Shown: positions 45,812 to 61,770, counted from the stretch's first letter. The stretch is DNA of 64,000 bases from Eledone cirrhosa (GCA_964016885.1 OZ024749.1:47058001-47122000); one strand, 5' to 3'. The notes: generated by a model not told the origin, from the letters alone. Numbers and translations are program-made.

Positions 45812-46318
45812 TTAAAGAGTTCAGGATTCCTTTTCCTTTGATCACATTACGAGAGTCTGTGGGTCCGTTAATTTATCGCTATGATACTTCCTTAGTCAAA
45901 AACTGCTGGAATTTCAAATTTGGCGGTCATTCGAGGTGAGAGAGTGCAACTTTACGGACATGATTTTTGACAGCGGTAAGAAATTGTTTTCTTATATCAA
46001 TGTTTAACGGGCTTCCACTGATGATTTATAAGTGCCCACCTAAATATATTCTTACATGAATATATATTAGGCTTCTACATAAACTGGAAACATTCTCCCA
46101 ACTTGTAGAAAACTTATAATGAAACAATTGTTTGGAAAGAGAGATATAATTTAACTTTAATTATATCTCATAAAATAATACAACTGGTTTTTCCACATTA
46201 TACATATTGTTAGCACCCCGAACACTTAAATTGGGTTTATATTTTAATATAACCTAATGTTTGTTGAGTGAGATGGTTACCAGTCAGAGTTTAGTTTAAA
46301 CTATCTCTGTTATTGTAT

Positions 46319-46357
<39 letters not shown>

Positions 46358-46899
46358 GAACACTGGTGGCTTATATCCGTAGTACATGGGGCGAATTTGG
46401 TAGAAATGTTTCCACAAAATACGTGGCTCTGCAACTAATTCAATACATTACCAAAACCATCAAAATTCATCGGCACACTTAAGATGGTATTGCACCCTTT
46501 GCTATCCTAAAATATCAGACCTATAAAGATGGAAAAAATACTTTTCAACACAATTGAATAATATTTCGAGACTAATATTACAAGAACATTATATCATAAC
46601 CCCTAATATATTGGACGCTCTCACATGATCCTGTATTCCCACAAAAGTCATTCACCAGTAGCTTATATGCTTTGGTTTGAATTGAAAAAAAACGTATTTG
46701 GTTCTGACATGTCATACGAAAAGTATTTCTCAAATGTTTATCAGCTTAAGTGAAAATGATTCGTTTATCAATCTCATATTTTATATACACTGTTTAGTTG
46801 TATAGTTGGTTGTTTTATGTTGGTCAACAATGTGCTGAACCACGTCTGTATGGAACACAATGCCATAACACCGTTACATATATATATAATATATATACA

Positions 46900-46936
<37 letters not shown>

Positions 46937-47236
46937 AGTGTGTATGTGTGTGTGTGTGCAACAAGCTGAGTAAGTCCGAAGAATACTGGTGTGAGAACCA
47001 ATGTCAGCACTCGATGCAGAGGAGAGTTGTACCAGGATTAAGCAATAAGTCACCTCTGTTACACCTCCACTATGTTATTATATATATATACATCCTTCAA
47101 CTAATGACCTCCACCTATCCCAATCACCACCCTCTCCTACAACCAGAAAACGTACAAATACCACTACATTACTTGTATAGTCAGCTTCCTGATGATTTTC
47201 CCCGAATTACACTGTTCTAGTCCTGTAAAAGCCTCT

Positions 47237-47327
<91 letters not shown>

Positions 47328-49668
47328 ACAGTGGATGAATAGGATTGGGGTTATCGCTCGTTCTTTACCAAACAAAGCGCAATGTATTCATTGCTTATGA
47401 ACATACTGTAGAACATACATCTTAGTTTATTTGATGTAAAACATAATCTTTTGTTTTTTTCACTTGAATTATATTTATTTTAATGAACGCACATATATAA
47501 TTGTACATCTATGTATATCTATATTCGACGGCGGGGTATGTGGTAGTGTATGTTTGCCACATCTCCAAATGTTTATTGAAGGCGGTTGCTTATTGATAAA
47601 ATGTCGCCCTTTGATTGATGGCTTATCCGATACGGATTCTGTGTTTGTTTGAATTTTGATTTCTATTTCTAAACTTGTAAATAAATATTTCTCGTCTCTA
47701 ATTAATAGACTTTAAAGGTCAGTAATGATAGATATTAAAACAAACAAAATAATTATATAAGAATTCCGTAGAATAAATCTTAGGGTTAATTGCGATGTTT
47801 ATTTTTTTTCTTTATATTGGCGAAATCAAAACAATGTATCGTAAATGTCATTAATTCTAACTTAATTTTATATCATCTTCCAAATCTAAGAGATTTCATG
47901 TAATTGAACAGACGACTATATTCCAAGTCATTTTTTTGTGAAACACGTGTTATGCCTAATTATGAATAATAAATTACTTTATTAAATGTATATGATATAT
48001 ATTACAAACATCATATAATACATTCATGTTGGGTAAGCCTCAATGAAAGATATATATGTTGATATATATTATTTTGTTGGGGTTAAATGACGCATTGGGA
48101 ACTGGAAAGATATTAAACATGTAGAGAGAAAGAACGTAATATAATGAAGAAGGTGGTGGATAATTTATGTGCGTCGGTTTAAAATAGGGAATGAAAGAGC
48201 ATAACGAGGAACAACTCTTAAATAGAAGACCGTTTTACGTAAACACCTTTCTAAAATTAATCAATCAGATGTATTATAAGAGACGCACCATCATTAGCCA
48301 TCTATTTTTTTTCTAAATGAAGAAAAATATGATTACATTAATAAACGTATTACTTTACGTTCATGGAGTTGCAAATATATTATCCTTCGATTCGAATACA
48401 GTTTTTAAATGGCTGGTAATTGTGGGAAAATATGTTATTTTAAATTGGTATTTATCAAAAACTATCTGGTACAGGTAATTTTGATATCACGTAGGTATAT
48501 TAGATGGTGACAAAATGTATTTAGTAGAGGTTTAATTCTACAATCATGTTTATATTTATAAGTGTCTATACTTTATGAATTTCATCCTAATAGTTTGTTG
48601 ATTTCGTTTTTTGTTACTTAATTAATAGAACCGTATGTTGCAACTTATTTATATAGTTATATTTATCAATGACATTAGAGTTGACATGTACACCTGATAG
48701 GCTTCAATGTTGACAACACCTCGATAATCCTAACATTTCATGTCGTACTACATTACTGTTGTTTTGCATTTAACAAAGCAATTAAGAAATATCATTTATA
48801 TACCCAAGCAACGATGCATGGATGTCTATGAATATATATAACAAATCCAAGATTTATATCAGTTCTTAGTTCCCATAATAACAAATACTAGCATGCGTTA
48901 GCTATTAAATTAGTAACCACTGTTTACAATACTTGAAACATTTAAGTTTTATATATTATGATTAAAGTCGATTTAAGTTTGTCATTACGAATAGTATATA
49001 TCTGAGGTACCTAAGCTAAGTGATTTTGTTCGAGACTGGAAAATGTAATTAAATAATATAAGCAAATGAAGGTGTACCTTAAGGGAAATCAGCAACTATA
49101 ATAATTGTAACGTTATATAGTTAAATAGAATGCAAAGTTCCATTAATATTAAACGTACATTCAGCTCAATAGCCTATGTCATCCACATCTCACACAACTA
49201 ACAATATGATCATCAGATCCACACTACCAATAAACTAATGTAAGCATTATTTAGCATAATGAATACGCACAAATTCGCGATATACATATTCAAAACGATA
49301 TGTACTAAAGGTAGACGATGACAAGTTTGATATCTTCCTTTGTATTTTTGAGTCATGAACATGTATTATACTTCTGAACCATAATATGCTATAACATAGA
49401 TATGTAACCCCGTGCCCTCAAGGAATATCCTATCAAATATAATTAGCCAATATTTGAATATGTAAATTGTATTTCCCTTAGCCAAGAGCACCTTAACTTG
49501 ACAATGTACTGCTGAAATAATACTACGTATCAATATGATGTATATAAAAAAACACATTTCTCATTATCTCGCCCTACTATTTTCAATTAACCTACACATA
49601 TCCAACTGTGCACACATATGCATACATATATGCACACGCACACACACACATACACGCACACACACACA

Positions 49669-49743
<75 letters not shown>

Positions 49744-49748
49744 TGTGA

Positions 49749-49880
49749 AGACGTGTGGCTGAGTGGTAAGTGAATTAGATTCATAATTATGAGCTTGTAA
49801 GTCCGATTCCTGGACAGGGCGATGCGTTATGTCCTTGAGCAAGATATTGTATTTCATGTTGCCTCTTCTACCTAGATTTG
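49749..49880 (+). mobile_element. Second SINE family, CORE-like
   Basis: A box gtggctgagtggt, B-box-like gtccgattcc, CORE-like tgtccttgagcaagat. Confidence 0.6.
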
Positions 49881-49984
49881 CGACCGATAGAATGTATTAG
49901 CAAATTGGAATGTACAACGGAAACATTGTTTCCTAGGTCCGATTTGACGAAAGTCGATCGACTATACATAGATATGTTTTTCTG

Positions 49985-50112
<128 letters not shown>

Positions 50113-50768
50113 TGTATGCGTGTGTATATATATATAATAATATCCCTATATATCAGAATGATTTGAACTCACAATATAGTGGGAATAATTTACCGATATT
50201 TTAGCTTTTAGACATTCAATGAGAACTGTGGGATACTTTGATTCTTTTCATGGAAGAAAATCAATATAGACACGATAAAGATGTATCTACTGTACTGTCA
50301 TAAGATCAAGTGAAGTAGATTTGAAATTACTGAATTACACCTATTTCAATTGCTTTGGAATTAAGCCAAATAATGGACTTTCACTGGAAATACTCTGAAA
50401 TATACGTTTAGTAACTGAAATGAACTGCGTCAATTGTATACTGGATATATATTTCCTTCTCGAGAAAGTGAACTTCTTGAGACTAATAAGGGTTAAATTG
50501 ATTGAAATTTTTCTAGAAGATATAATTGAAATAATTTAGGATAAATGAGGCTCTTATGTTGCCACTTTAAATCATATATGTTAAATGCGATTCCAAATGT
50601 ATATGCAATGTCTGCATTAGATCATCAGGCGTTATCAAACATATGCGCATTGTTAACACAAACGTTTGAACATAAAATACGTATGACCGATACGATTTGT
50701 TATATAATTGTTCTTTGACGATACCAACAAATATTCGACCAAAAATCATTATATCTATACGATTCAAA

Positions 50769-50955
50769 GGGCGGTGGTTTGGCAGTATCGGTAGAGGGTC
50801 GGACGCCATGCTTTGACGCATAGAGTTACGGCCCTTGCCATTCTGAATTCAAATCCCGCCGAGGTTAACTTTGCCTTTCATCCTTACGGGGTCGATAAAA
50901 TAAAGTACCAGTAGTACACTGGGTATTTGTTGGCCTTGTGCCAAAAGTAGAAACA
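50769..50955 (+). mobile_element. tRNA-headed SINE with 21-bp TSD
   Basis: attatatctatacgattcaaa at 50748-50768 and 50956-50976. Confidence 0.92.
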
Positions 50956-51189
50956 ATTATATCTATACGATTCAAACTAACACAGAATTAAAGTTCCATG
51001 CACAAATATACATTCACACAGCATCTCGCAGTCAAATTTACCTAAAATAATACCAATATTAACGGTGGGGCGTCTTTTGAAATACATGACATTATAATTC
51101 TTGTGAAGGGCGTTACTGGAACGTGTCTTAATTATATCCCCTCAGTTATTAGCCTATTATATTCCCTATTATGTATTATAATTTACCGA

Positions 51190-51380
51190 AGGGCGGTGGA
51201 TTGGCAGTATCGGTAGAGGGTCGGCCGCCATGCTTTGAATGAAAGAGTTACGGCCCTTTATGGTATGAGTTCAAATCCTGCCGAGGTAAATTTTGTCATT
51301 CATCCTTTCGGGTTCGATAAAATAAAGTACTAGTAATGCACTGGCATCATTGCTAGCCTTGTGCCAAAAGTAGAAACAAT
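51190..51380 (+). mobile_element. tRNA-headed SINE, full length
   Basis: Full consensus; imperfect TSD atttaccgaagg / atttatcgaagg. Confidence 0.9.
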
Positions 51381-53803
51381 TATTATTTATCGAAGGTGTT
51401 TGGGGCGTTATGTAGTGAATGGATTTTCTTCGAAATAATGTGAAATATTTTGGTGAATACGGGATAGAGATATTTATTTACGAATAAAGTACGGAAATTA
51501 TAAATTTGAACTGCTTTTTAAAAGATACATAAATTATCTAGATGAAATATTATAATAAATGTTAACGTCACTATTCATACAATTGTAATAAATGAAACAT
51601 AAACACGTTGGTATCTCAGTAAATTGAAAAGAAAATATTTTATTTAAATGGATGTCTTTCAAGTGTTGTATATGATGCATCATGTGTTTTGTAATAAACA
51701 TCGCATACCTTTGCTTACCTCCAATCCGTTATTAGATGACATTGATGGTTCATCATAAAACAATTCCTTAGGTTTTGCAGATAATTCAAAATAGTTGGTA
51801 GTTTGGCGATACTAGCCAGAACGTAAGAGGCTATAAGGCTTTAGCAATATGTGTATGTCAACTTTAGTAAGAATAGCCATCATGTAGATACTTTTCTCTC
51901 GACCGAATTACACGGTGCCAACTATACACAGATATTTTAAAACACTGTTGCATTAATATTCTCATAGGGTTATATAAAAAGTAATATATAACGGATGTTA
52001 TCCGTTGTTATTCCGAGTTGTGCTAAAATCTATGAGCAAAATAATTAGTGGCCTACAAGCTGTTATCCTTCGATCTTATTTTTAAACACAATATACCTGC
52101 AAATAGACGATAGACATTTTCCCGATTCTCAACCGGTATGCAACATAGACAGTGTCATCTTGTTTGACTTATTGTGTATAGTGTTTAGTATTTAGTTATT
52201 TCATTGTCAGTTATATATATTTGGCAACGTCTTGTTTTGAAATTTATCATAATAATAGGATTATAAAAAAATATTTGCTATCTGACACAAGTTTCACTAC
52301 AGATTAACTATATCCATCATGATGCTGTAATCAGAAATTCCCATGTTATCTGTATATAGCAGCGCTAAGTAGCGGGAATGAAGAATGGTGGCGACGGAAA
52401 CTATACAAATGCATTGTGTACAAAACATTAAGAACTTGGTTGGCAGTTTCGAAAGCTTATCGATGACACCAGATGTAAATATCTAAAGAATAGCATTAAC
52501 AATTTTATTTAATTTCATAAGTATTATTCCCTAATGATGATTAATTACGTACGTATTTTATTAAATACACTTGTTCTCTTACTTAATATATCACATTATA
52601 AATATATATTAATTTTCTTTCGATATTATATCACTGAGATACATTCGTGTAACAATAGCACTGATAAGTTAATGCAATATTCAGCAAAACATAACTCATA
52701 TGATGGTACTATGGACATGGCGTTGCATATTATGCAAAAAAAACATTAAACAATGGTGATCCTACCTGCATAAAGTTTACGTACGTATAAGCTGTTTATG
52801 CACAAGGAACCACAGTAATGTGTATCGTTATATTTAATTTATGTGTGTGTGTGTGTGCGTGTCTGTTAGTGTGTGTGTGTGTGGAAGAAGAATATGTATG
52901 TCGTGAAAGCTAGCATTAAGAATAATACTAGTATATTTATATTAATCTAAATAAATATGGTTTTCATTACAAATTAGATTCGTACAACATTATATTTAGT
53001 GTAAAATTATGTAACAACTTTGAAACCACTATAATTTGAGCAGCTATATGGCATTGTGGTATCAACAATAACATTGAAACACTTGCTTCAAGTAAATGTA
53101 TATTTGTCCCCTTAAGTAGTACAAGTCCTAAATACTTTTAAAGCCCTAGAGCAAATCGTTTAAACATGAAATGGCTACTTAACCTCTAAGGCTATAGTTT
53201 GAATATAGAGACTTTTTGATAATAACAATTGTAATTGATCTTTTGACCAATGCAACCATAAGTGGTACCTCGTATAAAGAGAAATTGATGGCAGCTGTTG
53301 AAAGATAGTTTCACATTAGAAACAATTTCCTCTTAGATATAAAAGGGAAATGCGAATTTTGCCTAGACAAAAAATATAAAAAATAAGTATCAGCTTACAA
53401 AACAAGTGTAGAATATCCACGATAAATAATCGATAATTTTCAGATGTAAACCAAAAGTTTAGAATGTTTCTCTTGAGATACTACAGTAAACCAAATACAG
53501 CTATGTAACATAGAATATGGTAACCTTATTCCCATGCTGGGATCGAAATATATCAAATACTTAGATGGTGGTTGCATGCTGGTTTTAATACATTCTCAAT
53601 GATATTAATTTTTTTAGATCGTCTTCTACTTGTGGTCATTTATTAATTATATACCATGATATAGCTGTCGGGAAAAACGAAACCGTTTCAAATTCCAATA
53701 TATTCACATCTGTAAATCTTTGACATTTTTTGTTTCGTGGAACCCATGATGGCAATTGTAAATGCAAATGATATGGGCATTTTCTCATAGATGATATATA
53801 ATC

Positions 53804-53844
<41 letters not shown>

Positions 53845-53850
53845 CATATA

Positions 53851-53908
53851 TAACAAAGAAGGTGTGGTAATATATCAGGTAGACCAGAGTAGTCGGTACT
53901 TAGGGTAG

Positions 53909-53910
<2 letters not shown>
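53851..53910 (-). mobile_element. Short degenerate family B terminus
   Basis: taacaaagaaggtgtggtaa...tacttagggtagag resembles the family B end. Confidence 0.45.
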
Positions 53911-53953
<43 letters not shown>

Positions 53954-54226
53954 GGAGAGAGAGGGGCATGTGGAAGGAAAGAGATAGAGAGAAAACGAAA
54001 TAAAGGGGATGGAGAGAAACAGGTGTGAGCAAGTGAGAGAGATGAGAAAGAAAAACATATTGTGATCATGCGTGATCATACTATAAAATGTTATACAATT
54101 CATTTATTCACACACACATACACACACACATACACACACACAGAAACACACACACACACACACACATACACACACATACACACACACACACGCACACACA
54201 TACACCTATACACACACACATACGCA

Positions 54227-54304
<78 letters not shown>

Positions 54305-54430
54305 TTTCTTTATTAGCCACAGGGGCACAAAAGAAGGGGACAAATACAAAGGGGGAAGTTTACATACAATAAAAACGTGTAAAATGTTATCACAGATCGA
54401 ATTTAAAAGTTAGTCGATTTTCCCCAATAG

Positions 54431-54473
<43 letters not shown>

Positions 54474-55146
54474 CAGATAGATAGATAGATAGATAGATAT
54501 GTGAGTGTGTGTATATATCAGTATATTTTATATTATTCTATCACTTGTAAATATGTTTTTGTCGCTATGCAATTCATAGAAACTAGTTTATCCATCATAA
54601 AATGCAACCTGCTTTATTTCAAACAAATGCTGTACAACTTCATGTAAGTTTGAATTTCTGATAATTTACAGATTGCGTACAAAATGTATTAAAGTCTAAT
54701 TTATTGTTTTAGACATTATATTTATATAAACGAATTACTTGAAACAGATGTTTTATTTTATGTTTAACGTTTGTTTGAAATGATTCGTAATCCGTTCATT
54801 CTTTAAATAATTATTTTGTTTTAGCTGGTTATGTTAAATGAATATATGTATTCAGCAAAATGAAATAAATATATTTACTTTCTTCGTGCTTCTATTCATT
54901 TGCTTTGTATTTAAATGTGAATTTCAATATAAATTAAGTTCAGCCGGTAAACATAATTTAGAAATGTTGGACGCCAAATTGCAATATATAGAAAGTTTAA
55001 AATATGTGGTTGCAAAGCCTATGAATATAGATATTATATTCTAGTATAAGTTTACATAATCTGTAATATTCTTTTATACAACTGGTGTCATACGATGCCT
55101 AATATAACTAATTTGTAAACTTTATAACGTGACATGCAAATAATAT

Positions 55147-55330
55147 AATTGTTTCTACTTTAGGCACAAGGCCAGCAATTACCCAGTGCATTACTGGTAC
55201 TTTATTTTATCTACCCCGTAAGGATGAAAGGCAAAGTCAACCTCGACGGGATTTGAACTCAGATCGTAAAGGGACGTAACTATGCTGGAAAGCATGACGT
55301 CCGACCCTCTACCGATACTGCCAATCCACC
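55147..55330 (-). mobile_element. tRNA-headed SINE
   Basis: Nearly identical to 23091-23277. Confidence 0.9.
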
Positions 55331-55430
55331 ATAATGATTCGCAGCTAGTATTTAAAGCATAGAGTCAATATGTTTCAACATAACATATTTTCGAAGCTCA
55401 CATACACAGACATAGACACACACACAAATG

Positions 55431-55589
<159 letters not shown>

Positions 55590-56395
55590 AGGGTGACAAA
55601 TAAACAGTGCATCTCTAATAACTGTTTTTGCTAAAGATACACATACGTTGATATATCTGTAATGCCATGCTCAACTTTCGATGATAAACAATATAAATGA
55701 TCGATTTTGAAAATATATTCAACAGATAACGTGTAGAAATATGAATTTCTCCGATAAGTACAATTCAAACTATCATCTGTAACATCAAGAAGCGAAATAT
55801 TTACCATCTGTTCAGAACACATTTTAAATAGCTTTGATGAAAGTCAACTGCTGAGACCAGCGCATATCCAGTGCTAATGTAGTAGATAAATAATAAGTTC
55901 ATTCATTTCATACAAGGACCGTCACTCAACACGGAACCAAATCGTCTACATATATGGTTGTTTGTATGAGAATATGCTTGTCTGTATAAGAATATTTGGC
56001 TGTATGAGAATAGTTGGTTGTGTATTTGGTTTTCTCACTTGATGGTGTGTGTATTAAAAAAAATTTCAAACAAGAAATCTCATTTCAGATTTGTAATGAA
56101 ATCTAGATAATTTCACATACATCGTAACAGGTTTCGTGAAATATAATTATATGTTATCACTTTTCATATGAGTGAAATTCTCATAACATGTTGTACATAT
56201 TTCCCAACTGATAACAAATTTAACACGAAAGATTTCCTAAAATTTTAGTAAAAGAAAAATACTACCCAACTACACAAGACAGAATGGAATCGATATATGT
56301 TGCTAGTATGTTTGTGTTTCGAAATACACATCGTTTAATTGAACCAGTTGTACACATGCGCATGAACGCACACATATACAAACACACACATACAT

Positions 56396-56466
<71 letters not shown>

Positions 56467-56485
56467 GTAAACCAAATGTTGTGTG

Positions 56486-56538
56486 TTATCTGACGAAAAC
56501 GTATCAACTTACTGGTACCCTTGAAATATGTATAATAA
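56486..56538 (+). ncRNA. Isolated type I hammerhead motif related to family C
   Basis: ttat CTGACGA aaac gtatca acttac tggtac cctt GAAA tatgta TA ataa; makes up most of an ~85 bp insert between two (TA)n runs. Confidence 0.6.
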
Positions 56539-56576
56539 AATGGTTTATATATATATATTACATTTATTAATATTAT

Positions 56577-56612
<36 letters not shown>

Positions 56613-56745
56613 GTATATATGTATGTGTGTGTGTGTTATATTTGCAGAAATGCAGAGAGTGCAACCGAGTCTGCACCTATATCTACTTCATCCATCCAAC
56701 GAATATATAAAAAATACACAGAACCACAAACACACACATGCATAC

Positions 56746-56802
<57 letters not shown>

Positions 56803-56839
56803 AATGACAGAAGTTTACAGATAGATATTGAAAAATACC

Positions 56840-57055
56840 ACCAAAGTAAACGTTGCAAAATTAAGAGAAAACATTATTCTATTGAAGTTAAATAACTTAC
56901 TTCAGAGCAAACTGAAGGCAGCATTCTGCCCATAATACCATACACACACACACGTGCATTCATATCTGTATATATGAGGTAAGTTATTTGATATGAGGTA
57001 AGTTATTTAGCTACAATAAAATAAGTTCTTTTAATTTTGCAACGTATACTTTGGT
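56840..57055. repeat. Imperfect inverted repeat, ~64-bp arms
   Basis: accaaagtaaacgttgcaaaattaa...taaataacttac versus gtaagttattta...ttaattttgcaacgtatactttggt. Confidence 0.7.
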
Positions 57056-57324
57056 ATCCATTTTAAGGTTAACGAAAATACATTTTTACTGTCTCCTCCG
57101 ATAATGTCTTAACACATCAAATATATATTTCTTGGACACAATATAATATTCACCGTGATTGGTAGTAAGTAAATATTGCCTAATTTTAGCACTAGCATTT
57201 TGTTTTACAAATTAGGTTACTCTCTCATTACTGAGAGCATAGAAACTGTTTGTGGAAATATATAGAAAAACAGTTGTATATTGAAAACAACGTGAATAAA
57301 CATTTGGCAAGTACACTTATTATA

Positions 57325-57782
<458 letters not shown>

Positions 57783-58261
57783 AGAACATATTACATTGTA
57801 TATTATATTGTATACTATCTATTTCACGTACGAGACAGTATAGCTTCTGCAGAACTCTTTTGAACTTAATTGTGTTTGACTTTACTGTATATAATTATTT
57901 CCAGATAAATTATAGACATACATCCGATAAATCACATTTCAGTTTATAACGAATACGATGTGAGTACCTCTTCACTTTTATTTTTTTTTATTTCAAATGG
58001 CGTGTGTCTAATAATAAAAGTATGCCGTTGTATATATGAAGACAGGCACTTGAGTATACAAGGATACATACACAGACACACCCCAACATATAACATAACT
58101 AACTAACTAAATGAATAAATAAATATAATATATGTGTGTAAGTGTGTGTGTAAACATTTGAGCGAAGGCATAGGAAGAATTGTCGAATCACAGGAACGAC
58201 CCTAACCATCATTGAACCCTGGAAGGCGTGGTACAAAGAACGACGGTTCATTCAACATAAT

Positions 58262-58637
58262 AATCATTTCTCCTTTTGGCACAAGGCCAGCAATTATCCC
58301 AGCGCATTAATGGTACTTCATTTTACGACCCCGTAATGATCAAAGGAACAGTTAACAATGGCGGGATTTGAACTAAGTCCATAAAGTGCCGTAAATCTTT
58401 GCTGCAAGCATGGCGTTCGACCCTCTACCGATACTGCCAATCCACCCTCCTTCAACACCGTTCATTCAACATAATAATTGTTTCTACCTATGGCACAAGG
58501 CCAGCTATTATCCAGTGCATTACTGGTACTTTATTTTATCGACCCCGTCAGGATGAAAGGCAAAGTTAACCTCGGCGGTATTTGAAGTCAGAATGGCAAG
58601 GGCCGTAACTCACTACGTCAAAGCAGGGCGTCCGACC
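58262..58637 (-). mobile_element. Two SINE copies in tandem (58262-58450 and 58476-58637)
   Basis: Both match the reverse consensus; caacataataat occurs three times around them. Confidence 0.85.
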
Positions 58638-59229
58638 AACATAATAATGAGCAGGTTTCATATTTCATCGATACAATTCCTCCCGAAATTACACCCGTTA
58701 CTATGTTATCAAGGGTAAAAGCATATTTTCGGTAAATTAAACTTACTAATTAGACATCCAAATCCGTGTTTTTCCCAATTCCAATCATATGTGGCATGTC
58801 TGTGGTGGGAAGTTCCATATATGGCACAATTTTACAATTAAACACATTGCAGCTTGTATGAAGAGTACATTCGTCCGTGGAATGCCCAGTCATGCTTCAA
58901 ATATTTCTAAATGAGCTCCGGTAACGGTACAGCTTTACTGGAAATATAATCCCTGAAACAGACCAAAACCATCAGTGGATGATGAATCCATTCAAATTCT
59001 AAATATACAATTGTTTTGCTTGATAGTTATACAAAACAATAATGGTGTAAATATATATATATATATATATATATGCTCTGTAAATCATCTGATGTTTTTA
59101 CATTGAGCTACTTAACTTACTGGTAATAAGGTAGTAATACATTACTGCCAACCACTATTTAGGGTGTGTGTAAAATACTTACAACTGCTTAAGGTTTTGC
59201 GTTTACATAACCATAAATAGTATAACTAA

Positions 59230-59282
<53 letters not shown>

Positions 59283-59408
59283 GTGTAAGGAATTCTTTTA
59301 CAAATCGATGTGGACGAACTGTGGTAAAATTAATATTCTTCAGTCTAGCTAACTTTCTTTTGCAATATAAATACAGATATGTTGGTATCTGTTTCATCAT
59401 ATATATTA

Positions 59409-59446
<38 letters not shown>

Positions 59447-59449
<3 letters not shown>

Positions 59450-59663
59450 CGAACGAAATGAAGTGCGGTAAGGAGTCAGGTGGAACATAACGCACCATAT
59501 TCCTCGATACTTAGGGTAGTAGAGTGGGTCATAGGACAAGAATTAGGGCCAAGACGACTGAGCTCCGGCCGTTTCGACAGCTATATCTGAACGAGTTTAT
59601 ATAAATCCAGATCTAGCTGTCGAAATGGCTGAAAGTCAGCCGTCAGGGAGGAGTTTTTTCCCA
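59447..59663 (-). mobile_element. Family B fold-back copy
   Basis: (TA)n then aacgaa...gcggtaagga...tacttagggtagtagagtggg...ccgtttcgacagct, followed by inverted agctgtcgaaatggctg...cagccgtc. Confidence 0.7.
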
Positions 59664-59697
59664 TATATAAAAATACACACACACACATATATATATG

Positions 59698-59732
<35 letters not shown>

Positions 59733-59879
59733 GCCATACACAAATGTGCCCATAAGGTGCAGCGTTGCCATTTCTGCATAATAAACTCTGTGAAAAATGA
59801 TTGGTGTACACGGTGGAAAGCACAAAACCACGCCCCTAAACCAATACATACACACGCACATGAATTCTTTATATTTGTT

Positions 59880-59915
<36 letters not shown>

Positions 59916-60713
59916 CGCATGCTAGTGAGTATCTGTGTCAGTGAGCGTTTGCAAACATGAGTCCGTTACGTATATATGTATAGTCATTTTCAAACTGAAA
60001 TTCATTAAATCATTCCAGTACAAATATACAGCTATATATATGTATATATATATGTATATATATATATATATATCATTCCTTCTCTCTCTCTCCCTCTCTC
60101 TCTCTCTCTTTTTTATCTCCCTCTCTCTCTCTCTCGTACTCACTCTCTCTCTCTCACTCTATCTCTCCCATTCTCTCTCTTTCTATCCATATCTCTCTCT
60201 CTCACTCTTGATATATATAAATATATATACACATAAATATATATACATATATATATATATATATGTATATATGTATACATTCGCGCGTGTGTGTATGTGA
60301 CATCTTATATCGAAATACGTGTATATGCAAATGTGGTTGCGTAATTTTACTGTTTGTACGCTGTGTGCCTATTCAGTAAGCGATTTTTATATATTTTCAT
60401 ACCTTTAAATATATTCACATCCTTTGCAAAAATTCTGTGAATAAGAGTTCGTTAGATTTATTACTATTTTATAATATTGATTCAGGTTTCTTTTTTAGAA
60501 TATATTTTATTGCATTTTCAAAGTCAGTTTCTAAACTGAAATAACATTCTTATTTATATTTATTTCATCTATATATATCTCCTCGGTGAGCAATTCACTA
60601 TAATATCAATTTTTAACTTCGTAGCACGACAAAATCTTCAATAACTAAGAATACTACGTTTTACATATATTTTATATTTATATTTTAACACTCTTGTATA
60701 CCCCAAAACTCCG

Positions 60714-60760
<47 letters not shown>

Positions 60761-60762
60761 TT

Positions 60763-60873
<111 letters not shown>

Positions 60874-60971
60874 GCCTGTGTGCTTCTGTGTGTGTGTGTG
60901 TTATCTGGTGTGTGTTGGTGTGTGTGTTTGTGTGTGTGTTGGTGTGTGTAATTGGATATAAGTATATATTC

Positions 60972-61006
<35 letters not shown>

Positions 61007-61443
61007 CATTTACAACAGTCACATGTTTCTTTGCTAATCTAACCCAAGTCATCAGTATCCGTGGAGAAACTTGAAATCATAACAGAGTTCCAGGGGCAAT
61101 GCCACTAATAGATGTATATCAATATTTTCATAGAATATGTATAATTTCCATATCTATGAAGCATTTCTTACAGGCAAGCATGTCAATGTAAATAAGAACA
61201 TCAGCACATTTTGAGTATCGTTACCGTTTAAATGAAACCTATTAAGGTAGTGTCTCGATTCATCATTTTTTCAATCTATTCCGAATACTAAGCTATAATA
61301 AAATCCACTTCCCAACATTCCTCTCCAACTCTATTGCAACTGGGGTCGATTTCATCGATTTCCTCTTCCTTTAAAATTGCATTGCTCGCGTTGTGTCTCA
61401 GTCAGAAACCATTAACATCGTTTTTATTATATTATTATTATGA

Positions 61444-61717
61444 GGGCGGTGGATTGGCAGTATAAGGTAAAGGGTTGGACGCCATGCTTTACAGCATAGA
61501 GTTACGGTCCTTTATGATGTGAGTTCAAATCAAGCCGAGGTTAACTTTGCCTTTCATCCATACGAGGTCGATAAAATAAAGTACCAGTCACGCACTGGTG
61601 TCGATTTTATCGACTTTCCGATCCCCCCGAAAAGGCTGGTCGTGTGCCTATATAAGAAACCATTATTATTATCAGTAGCCTTGAGCCAAGGGTAGAAACA
61701 ATTATTATTATCAGTAG
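61444..61717 (+). mobile_element. tRNA-headed SINE, long form with a second 3' end
   Basis: Contains an extra gtcgattttatcgact...ccccc segment. Ends agaaacc, then a second gccttgagccaagggtagaaacaat end; attattattatcagtag is duplicated. Confidence 0.8.
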
Positions 61718-61732
61718 TTGGTGATGTGGTTG

Positions 61733-61770
61733 ACTACTACTACTACTGGTGCTGGTGCTACTACTACTAG

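Noticed and set aside
46455-46660. Peptide KMEKILFNTIE*YF...ILYS vaguely like the Penelope RT-endonuclease linker
   Set aside because: Too degenerate to call by eye; needs a profile-HMM search.
61010-61062. Minus-strand CTGATGA...GAAAcatgTG
   Set aside because: Cleavage position is G and stem I does not pair.
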